From Hyphochytrium catenoides (lineage: Eukaryota; Protista; Hyphochytriomycota): 47,787 nucleotides of DNA. Positions 38,401-47,787 of this stretch are shown here, piece after piece. The stretch is from the NCBI GenBank assembly GCA_900088475.1, contig FLMG01004191.1, positions 1-47,787 of the forward strand. Reading direction: 5' to 3'. The notes beneath the pieces are model-generated. The model saw only the letters and a program-made list of their open reading frames with translations. It ran no database searches and was not told the origin of the DNA. A program made the position numbers and the translations under genes. Numbering within the stretch: position 1 is the first letter of the stretch; each line of letters starts with the position of its first letter.

Positions 38401-41400
38401 TCTCCAGTCTTTACCGGAGAAGTACGTTCCACTCTGCTTCACTTTTTCAGCTCAGACTCAAGCAAATCAGGTCCAAGATTTGATCGATAGCAAGACTGAG
38501 AAAAGGAAGAAAGGTGTGTTTGGGCCAAGTCTGGGGAAAACAATGGTGTTATTCATCGACGACATCAACATGCCCCACAAAGAAAAGTATGGAGCCCAAC
38601 CCCCGATCGAGCTACTAAGACAGCTTCTCAACAACGGTGGCTGGTACGACCGCGGCTCATTAGAGTTCAAGAGCATTGTTGACTATGTCCTAGTCGGTGC
38701 ATGTGGGCCTCCTGGAGGGGGGAGGAACCCCATCAGCAGTCGCTTCGTCCGCTATTTCAATCTGATAAGCTATACAGAGCTGGAGGAACCCACAATGAAG
38801 ATGATCTTCCAGACCATACTTTCTAACTTCTTGCAATCTTTTGAGACCCAACTTCAGAGTCTAGCAGATGCGGTGACTGACTCTACGGTAAGAATTTTTC
38901 AGACTATCCGAAAGGAGCTAAGGCCGACGCCCGCGAAGTGTCACTATGTCTACAATGTCAGAGACCTTAGCAAGGTCTTTCAGGGCCTACTCATGTTTAG
39001 CAACAAACGTGTCTCCGCGGCTGATGAACTGGCAAGAGCATGGATTCATGAGTCGCGTAGAGTTTTCGCTGACCGGTTGGTGAATGGGGAAGACCGGAAG
39101 TGGTTCGACCAGCTCCTGAGGCTACAGCTGCGTACATACTGGCGACTGGAATGGACAGACGTGATGCCTTCAGAAAGACTAATTTGCGGGGATTTTATGT
39201 TCCCGGGTGCTGACCCCAAAGTCTATGAAGAGATCAAGGAGCTTGACAATCTGGTGCCTACCTTGGAAGACTATCTCTCAGAGTACAACGCTGAGAGCAA
39301 GCAACCGCTGAAGCTTGTACTGTTCCTAGACGCAGTGGAACATGTTGCACGCATTAGCCGGGTTCTACGGCAGCCGCAGGGCAATGCTCTTCTTCTTGGC
39401 ATTGGCGGCAGCGGGCGGCAGAGCTTGACGAAGTTAGCGGGCTATGTTGCTGACTACAAACTGTTTCAAGTAGAGATCTCTAAGGGATATACACCAGAAG
39501 ACTGGAGAGGAAAGCTAAGAGAGTGTCTAATGATGGCTGGCCTGCAGGATAAACCAGTCATCTTCCTCTTTAACGACACGCAACTTGTCTTCGAGTCTAT
39601 GTTGGAGGATCTCAATAGTATTCTGAACAGCGGGGACATACCGAACCTCTATTCTGAGGAGGATATCAGCTCCATCGTGAATGTATGCAAGGCAGACTGC
39701 CTGAAAAGATCACTTCCGCCTACCAAGCTCAACGCTTTCTCGCAGTATCTTGTCCGCGTGAGACGGAACATTCACATCGTTCTTTGCATGAGTCCCGTGG
39801 GAGAAGCTTTTCGAAATAGACTGAGGATGTTCCCTTCTATCGTCAACTGTTGTACCATAGACTGGTTCTCTGAGTGGCCTCAGGAGGCGCTCAAAAGCGT
39901 GGCATTCAAGTACATGGAGTCCAGTAACCTCCCGATGTCAGAGCTACTAGCATCTGCGGTAGATTTCTTCACATTTGCCCATCAGAGCGTGGCGAATGCT
40001 TCTTCTGCCTATTATCAGAAGGCTCGGAGGTACAATTACGTCACTCCAACTAGCTATCTGGAGTTCCTAGCCACTTATAAGCAAGTATTTGAAAGTAAGA
40101 GGCTCGAACTGGAGAGTAGAAAGGTCAGGCTGCAGACGGGCCTCGAAAAACTCGTCTCAGCTGCGGATCAGGTAGCCATCCTGGAGTCCCAGCTTCGAGA
40201 GCTAGAGCCTCAGCTCATTGCCACTCAGGCAGAGGTGGATCAGATGATGAAACAGATAGAAAAAGACAAGGAGGCTGCCAGCGCCACCAAGAAGCTTGTA
40301 GAGGCTGAAGAGTCAGAAGCCGCCATCAAGGCGAACAAGACAAAGTTGATTGCCGACGACGCACAAAGAGACCTGGACGAAGCTCTTCCCGCTCTAGATC
40401 AGGCCGTTGCCTGCCTCAACAGGCTGAAGAAGTCAGACTTAGAGGAGGTCCGGTCTCTTGGAAGGCCCCCGGCAGGCGTCAAGTTGACCATGGAAGCGGC
40501 TTGCATCATGTTCCAGGTTAAGCCAGTAAAAGTGAACGATCCGGACCGACCCGGCGTGAAGGTCTCTGACTACTGGCAGGCGGCGCAGAAGAACCTTCTC
40601 AACAATCCCACCAAACTGCTTCAAGATCTGCTAGCCTTTGACAAGGACCACATTCCGGATAAAGTCATTGATGAAGTATCGTCCTACGTGGACTTGAAAG
40701 AGTTTACTCCGTCAGAGATAGAGAAGGCTTCCAAGGCGTGTACGGCCATTTGCATGTGGGTCTTAGCTATGTTTAAGTATCACAACGTCGCCCGCGCGGT
40801 GGAGCCCAAGCGAGCGCAGCTGGCAGAAGCCCAAAGGAGCCTGGACTTTACTATGCTAACCCTGCGAGAGGCACAAGAAAAGCTCAAGCTAGTGATGGAG
40901 AAGATCAAGGACCTGGAAGAAAACTTCGAAAAATCCCGTGCAAAGAAAGAGCAGCTCTCTAGGGAGGTGGCGGAGTGCAGAATCCGTCTCGACCGATCCC
41001 AGCAGCTCATTGGCGGTCTTTCAGACGAGAAGAGCCGCTGGTCTGAGTCCATTGCTGCCTTGAAAAGCGCCATAGGAAACCTCTCAGGGGACGCCTTAGT
41101 TGCCAGTGCCACGATAGCCTATCTCGGACCCTTTACCCCTGACTTTAGGCGCGACTTGGTGACGCTCTGGCAGGGCAAAGTGGCTGAGCTAACCATCCCC
41201 CACACCTTGGGAGCGGATCTTCGAAAGACGCTGGCGGAACCGGTCAAAGTCCGGGCATGGACCTTATCAGGTCTTCCTGCAGACAGCCACTCTGTAGAAA
41301 ATGGGATCATTCTATCTCGTGCCAGACGGTGGCCTCTTTTCATAGACCCACAAGGCCAGGCAGGCCGCTTCGTCAAAAACATGGGCCGAGATCAATCCTA

Positions 41401-44400
41401 CTGTCAGAATGGCTTGGACGTGATCAAGCTCACAGATAAAAACTACCTGCGAGTCTTAGAGACTGCTGTTCGCTTTGGAAAGTGGGTTGTTCTAGAAAAT
41501 GTAGGTACTGCTCTTGACGCGGCTCTGGAGCCGCTGCTCCTCCAGCAAAAGTTTAAACAGAGCGGGACTGAGATGATAGTCATTGGGGACTCCAAGATCC
41601 CATACAATGATAGCTTTCGATTCTTCATCACTACAAAGCTGCCGAACCCGCATTTCCCGCCCGAGGTCTGTGTCAAGGTTTCAGTGCTCAATTTCTGCAT
41701 CACTCCTCGAGGGCTGGAGGATCAACTGCTCAGCGTAGTTGTAGTCCAAGAGATGCCAGAGATGGAAGAAAAGAAGAACACTCTGGTGGCCACGAATGCC
41801 AAGATGCGGCAGGAGCTTCAAGAGATAGAAGAAAAGATTCTTAATCTTCTATCGCATTCTAAGGGCAACCTCCTAGATGACGTGGTGCTTATCAGCACCT
41901 TGGCAGAATCCAAGGCTACAACTGCGGAGATCAAGAAGAAAGTGCAGGAGGCTGAGGAAATGGAGCGGAACATCGACGAAAAGAGGGAAATATATCGCCC
42001 AGCAGCTGCCCGAGGATCTGTCCTATACTTCTGCATCACTGACCTGGCCACGGTAGATCCTATGTACCAGTACTCGCTGCAATGGTACACGCAATTGTTT
42101 GTCCATTCAATCCGGTCGTACGAGCGCTCCGCGGATGTATCTACTCGAATCAAGAATCTCAATGAATTCTTTACCTACCACCTTTATAAAAACATATGCC
42201 GGAGTATCTTTGAGAAAGATAAGATGCTCTTCTCCTTCTTGATGCTGGTTCGGATAAAGGAGGCAGACAATCTTGTTGATGCGGCAGAGTTTAAGTTTTT
42301 GATCTCGGGAAAACCAACCGCACCTGTAGATACAGGGCGATCTAATCCAGCTGCCGATTGGCTGAGCGAAAGATCTTGGGTGGAGATCCAGACTTTGGAG
42401 GCCCTGCCAAGCTTCCAAGGCTTCGTGACTGACTTCGTTGGGGACTTGGACATGTGGAAGGCGTTCTTTGATCACAGAGAGCCCGACCAGTTCCCGCTGC
42501 CGGCTAAGTATAACGATCGTCTCACAGCGCTACGAAGACTCTGTCTTCTTCGCTGCCTGCGAGTAGACAAGGTCCTAAACAGCATTCAGGACTATATTAT
42601 TCAGGGTCTGGGAAAGAAGTTTGTGGAGCCCCCACCTTTTGACCTCAATGGCTGTTATGCAGACTCTTCTACGACTACGCCGTTGATCTTCGTCCTCTCT
42701 CCTGGCTCGGATCCTACAAAGGAATTTTACAAGTTTGCAGCCATGATGAAGATGGATAGGAAAGTGTTTGGTCTCTCTCTTGGTCAAGGGCAAGGCAGGC
42801 TGGCTGCCAGCATGATAGAAGATGCAACAAGATCTGGGAACTGGGTCTACTTGCAGAACTGTCACCTGTATTCGTCCTGGATGGCGGAGCTCGAGCGGAT
42901 CGTGGACGGATTGATACTGCAAGAGGGCATTCATCAGGACTTCAGGCTGTGGCTCACTAGCATGCCAAGCTCAAACTTTCCTGTCGCCATCCTGCAGAAC
43001 GCTATCAAAGTCACGAACGAGGCACCCAAGGGTCTTAGGTCTAACCTTAAGAACGCATACTTCAAGCTGGATGAAGAGAAGTTGAACAGGACAACCAAAC
43101 CCTTCGAGTATAAGAAGCTTCTTTTCGGCCTTTGCCTCTTCCATGCCGTTGTGCAGGAGCGGCGGAAGTATGGAGGGCTAGGATGGAACATTCCTTATGA
43201 GTTCAATGAGAGCGATCTGGCCATCTCCAGAGACCAACTGGAGCTCTACTTAGACACCTACACCGAAGTTCCATACAAAGTGCTCAACTTCTTAACGTCC
43301 TACATCAATTACGGCGGGCGGGTGACGGACGAAAAGGACTTACGGACCATTGACGTCATATTGAAGCAGTTCTATTGCCCTAAGATTATGGAGGACGGGT
43401 ATATGTTCTGCAGCAGTCCAGACTATGTCTCAGTGAAAGTTGACTCCGCCCATCCCTTCAAGTCTTATATGAACTACATTGAAGGCCTGCCGATCAATGC
43501 TGAGCCAGAGGTTTTTGGTTTACACTCTAACGCTAACATTGCGGCTGCGCAGGACGAAGCCTTTCGGACTTTTGACATCATCGTGTCTCTGCAATCGGCA
43601 GTGGTAGAAGGGGGAAGCACTTCGAGAGAGACGCTAATGACACAGCTTGCTGCTGACATTGAGAGGCGTCTCCCTCCACTTCTGCCGGTGGAGGAGATAA
43701 GCCAAGCCTACCCGGTGAATTATCATGAAAGCATGAACACAGTCTTGCTTCAAGAGTGTGTGCGCTATAACAAGCTCCTTGCAATCATGCAAAGTAGCCT
43801 TCCGGAGCTTCAGAGAGCCTTGAAGGGACTGGTGGTCATGAGCTCTGAATTAGAAGACATGACCTCAAGCTTAGCGAGGAACCAGGTGCCGGAGTTATGG
43901 ACCAAGCAGGCTTACCCTTCCTTAAAATCCTTGGGACCTTGGGTGGACGATCTTATACTGCGAGTCACGTTTATAAATGATTGGGTACAGAATGGCATTC
44001 CGGCCGTCTTCTGGATCTCTGGTTTCTTCTTTCCCCAGGCTTTCCTAACTGGCAGCCTGCAGAATTACGCAAGAAAGCACCGCTATCCTATCGACTCTGT
44101 GAGCTTTAGCTTCGTAATGAAAAGTGAGCCTTGGCGGAGCATCGATGTCAAACCGGAGGACGGCGTCCTTATTCGGGGCTTATATCTGGAGGGAGGCCGC
44201 TGGGATGTGGCGGCACAGGACTTAAGGGACCCATTGCCTAAACAGCTGCATTCTGAACTCTGCGTGGTACACCTTCTGCCCGTCCAAAATCGAATCGAAC
44301 CCAATGGCGGCATTTACAGGTGTCCTGTCTATAAGACGTTGGCCCGTAGAGGTAAGGAGAAAAGGAGTACATCAGGCTAGAGAGGGTAGCACAAGTGGGA

Positions 44401-44699
44401 AGAGAGATGTGCTGGGTTGCTGAGAGAAGAAGAAAATCATGCGGATGGAAAACTTTCCCTATTTGTCGCGGCGTCTAGTCTTCCTTACCGCCGCACCTTG
44501 CAGTCTCATATCCTTGTCCTCACCTTTCCTTCACGCTTTCCCTTCAGGTACACTTTCTACCACGGGGCATTCGACGAACTTTGTCACCTGGATTGAGATT
44601 CCTTCCTCCAAGCCAGACATCATCAACTGCTTCGGGAAGACAGATCAGGACTATTGGATCAAGGCTGGCGTGGCCGCTTTCTGTGCGCTGAAGTACTAG
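29496..44699 (+). CDS. DNAH1: Axonemal inner-arm dynein heavy chain, DNAH1-type; about 11 exons; start codon uncertain
   Basis: AAA P-loops [33 protein letters not shown]; stalk/MTBD; C-terminal [13 protein letters not shown]...WIKAGVA. N-terminal [20 protein letters not shown] and [14 protein letters not shown] resemble the DNAH1 tail. Exons about 29496-29653, 29752-30793, 31090-31188, 31371-31733, 32130-32604, 32907-33286, 33618-34080, 34395-34548, 34865-35146, 35335-44351, 44548-44699. Confidence 0.93.
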
Positions 44700-45049
44700 A
44701 AGACACTGCATTCGTGCAGGCTCTGTCTAAAGGAGGATGCCTCCCAACCATAGGCTTTGAAACAGAGAATTGACATTTAGGGAGTGGCTAGCATTCTTGG
44801 TGAACAAGTAATTTATCGGTTAAAGTTAGAGAGACGTGCTTCCACCCAAAAGGAGAGAGAGATTTGAGAGCGCAAGGGCAACCCAATGATCTCTACCGCA
44901 CCTGTCTTGAGTCTGATGGCACATTATCTTCTGAGCTGTACGTCTATGATTCCTGAAGTGGATGGCCCAGTCTTTGAATGGATAAGAAGCCACATAGCTG
45001 GCTAGGGAATAAATATTCATATGCAAAGTTGGAATGTAGAGAAGACGGT

Positions 45050-46895
45050 TTAGAGCTCCTCCGCGGCCTCGAGATCATCTAGATCTGCAGCCCGTGTCGC
45101 TGTACAGGGGATATCTAATCCACAGGATTGCTGAGGGTCAAAGGCAGCCGTTGCAGCCTTCTCGCTCTGAACCGCCAAAGAAACCTCAAACAGCTTAGAA
45201 CCCATCTCGGAAGACAGCACGGAAGAAAAGGACGTGGGGGATTGAGCAGTATCCTCCTCAGAAAGTTCTGTGTCANNNNNNNNNCTGCAAAGAATACCAG
45301 TCGCGTTTTGGTAGATCTTTGCTAAGCTGCCGCATCTTCTCTTCTATACCTGGGATGGCTGGCAATGCACCCGTATACAATTCAAGCCATGAAGAGCAGA
45401 CATGGAGAGACTGACAGGAGGGAGAGAGGGCTGCGATCTCTAGGATAGTGGGGTGCATCCACGAAGGTGTGCACTGAAGAAGGGCAGCTGCCGCCAGAAC
45501 ACTTGGACGAAAGTGCAGTGACTGGTAGCACAGGAGAGTGAAGTCCACAACCTCAATGGACTTGAGCAGCAAGGCTTGATCAAAATTTGAAATAGGGTAG
45601 CCGCAGTTGTTGCTGTAAGGATTGAAGCACGGAAAGAAGAAGGGTAGGCGGAAAGCATGACGTAAGGACCTTTATTGAGAAGCAACCATGCGGACCCGTC
45701 GTACCTCGAGATTTCCCCTTCAAGGAAAGGAGAGTTTAGCTGATGGACGAAGTAGTTCAACCAGGCATAGGGTGTGATTGGGCAGAGGCTCCACTGGAGT
45801 TTCTGTCTCCAAATAACGCCGATGGGTGACAAGAGCAGCAACGGAAAGTAGACCGTAAGCATATTAGCTAACTATTGAGTTTCAATCGTGAGAAAGGCAG
45901 CTCACCTGAAGCATCTTTCTCTCCATATCCAGGATCTGCGCAGCTGTGAAGGCTCCATCGGTTGTCACAGCGAAGTCCTTTGCTTGCGGAGGATATATTT
46001 CCTGAGAAGGAAGTATGGGCATATATTGAGTCATGAGTCAAGCCTTGCGTCTAAGAGTCTGTCGCGCATTAGTCTTACCTCAACCTTGGCAGCAATAAAT
46101 AAAGCAGTCACACCAATCAGCTGGAGGACATTTTTTTGAACGTCATGTTCCTGTCAGATGTACGATAGGAAGGAAAGTCGAGAGAAGGAAGAGGAGGCAG
46201 ACCGTTAAGAAGGCAACTTACTGTTATAACATAATCAGTCCCTTACCTGGGAGAGAAACCTATCGACGAAGTTGATAGAGTACTGCANNNNNNNNNNNNN
46301 NNNNNNNNNNNNNNNNNNNNNNNNNNNNNNNNNNNNNNNNNNNNNNNNNNNNNGGAAAGTAAGACTGGGGTGGCGGGAAATGTAGCATGGGTCTGGTGAA
46401 TAGAACGCTTCTCTCTCCAGCATAGCAGTAAGCACTCCAGGAATAATCTCTCCAATCGTGAGGTTGTCTCGGCATCGGCCTAATACCGGGATGGTGGGTT
46501 CACTTGAAGTAGCAGATCGAGTACTATAGCGCCGAGTGAGGCCAGTCTTCGTGGGAACGCTTGCAGGTTGCGTCGCTGTGGACCTTGCACCAGCCAAGAT
46601 CGTTAGCTCTTCGGAACGGCTGGTTGGCGGTGGTCTTTCAGTCGCTCTTTTAGCGTCCCCAGCAGCAGAGGCATTAGCAGCCATGCTAGCATTTTCCCCT
46701 CGACGGTCCATTGGCTGTTGAATAGAGTCAACCTTGCTTCCCAAGGAAATGCGCTTGACGCCGAAGTTGGCTTCCTATTGGACGGCTCCTTAAACCAACT
46801 GTGTCGAATAAGTCGGGAGGAAGCATGCTTACCTCTATGGACCGCGGTGATAGCTGCCGGCTCGGGCGACATCTTTTCATACCACCACCTCCCAT
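45050..46895 (-). CDS. Cyclin (cyclin E/A-like); multi-exon, crosses two N gaps
   Basis: YISRHPSLT[gap]YSINFVDRFLSQ, LQLIGVTALFIAAKVE|EIYPP.AKDFAVTTDGAFTAAQILDMERKMLQ|KLQWSLCPITPYAWLNYF, SLHFRPSVLAAAAL. First exon MGGGGMKRCRPSRQLSPRSIE; stop TAA at 45050-45052. Confidence 0.9.
45276..45284. other. Assembly gap (9 N)
   Basis: Run of N. Confidence 0.99.
46288..46353. other. Assembly gap (66 N) hiding the MRAIL helix of the cyclin box
   Basis: Run of N; the reading frame is preserved across it. Confidence 0.97.
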
Positions 46896-47787
46896 CGTAA
46901 GGTGGACCGGTTCGGCGCTGTGAGGTAGCAAAACTGCACGGAATAGGCGGCGACAGGGCGACCACCATGGGGTGACGGTCTAGCGGACCTTGGAGAAGAA
47001 GCTAGCCTCCTCAGAACATCATGCTCCCAGAAAGAGGACTCTCCTTCACGCTAAACAAATCGAAGCTGAAGTCTCACAAGGGTTGATGTTTGCGACCTCT
47101 GCTTGTTTCACCTTCCCGTGCAGGTCTAGCCTAGCATAAAGGGGGGAAATGAAAGCTACGACAGCGGTAATAAGGTTTCCCGTGGCGATGGAGCTAAGCG
47201 GACAGAGGAAATTAGAGAAGTGGTCCGTCGGGGGCGTAGGTTAGCCCGCGGCCAAGCTGCAAGGGGTTGCTCCTGGAGCTTTATGACGGAGCCGTATCGG
47301 CTCGAGGAACAGGAGGAGGCTTCCTGACGCAGAGTTTCTTGGCTTTGTTCTTGTATCTCGTGACGGCTCTGTCTGCCAGTTTACCTCTATCGCCTACCGC
47401 ACAACTGAATTATTCTAGCCCTCTGTCTTATGACTCGCTATGATCGTCTATCTCATCTACAATATCATTCTCTCTATAGCGCCACCTCTTCCTCCTCTTT
47501 CTCGGTCATTAGTCTATGGTATGCCGCGGCTACGAAATCTCGCGCATTGCTCTGTCTAGTTTATTGCCACTCTGTCTCTCTCTCTTACTCGTTACTGTCT
47601 AAGCTGAGGACAGGCTTGAGGGGTAGTCTCCGCTATAGAAAGGGGAGAAGAAATGGTTGGCAACTCTTTGGAAAGATTTTTTGATCGTTTTGGCGGGCAA
47701 TAATTAGTAATAGTTCCCCTGCTCCATGGGTATAAGGTTGGGAAACCGGTCGTAGTAAGGAAACTGGATCTATCAGCTTGAACTGGT

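Noticed and set aside
35315-44313. Many short antisense and alternative-frame ORFs inside the dynein (and inside 19070-22606)
   Set aside because: Shadow ORFs expected opposite long coding exons; no independent motifs.
1-47787. CRISPR arrays, rRNA, tRNA or prokaryotic operons
   Set aside because: None seen; the sequence is intron-containing eukaryotic DNA and the neighbouring genes share no evident pathway.

Overview
Gene-dense eukaryotic nuclear DNA. The canonical GT-AG introns are often CT/GA-rich, and the gene content fits a flagellated protist, plausibly a stramenopile alga; the taxon is an inference. Splicing the ORFs by hand gives about 10 intact genes: a TMEM272-like membrane protein, an acidic hypothetical protein, a DIX-like + J-domain protein, a DUF3228 protein, a low-complexity hypothetical protein, a large chromatin reader (Tudor-like, MBD-like, PHD, HMG-like, Cfp1/Spp1-type C-terminus), a DGAT2 acyltransferase, a KH-domain RNA-binding protein, a DNAH1-type axonemal dynein heavy chain and a cyclin resembling cyclin E. 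Two stretches without intact genes (about 8.5-10.2 kb and 12.3-17.6 kb) look like decayed coding DNA. In the second, a stop-interrupted minus-strand frame keeps zinc-finger-like motifs and most of a tyrosine-recombinase active-site pattern, next to a decayed multi-exon gene. This is a candidate relic of a tyrosine-recombinase mobile element. All domain calls come from recognising motifs by eye; no database searches were run.
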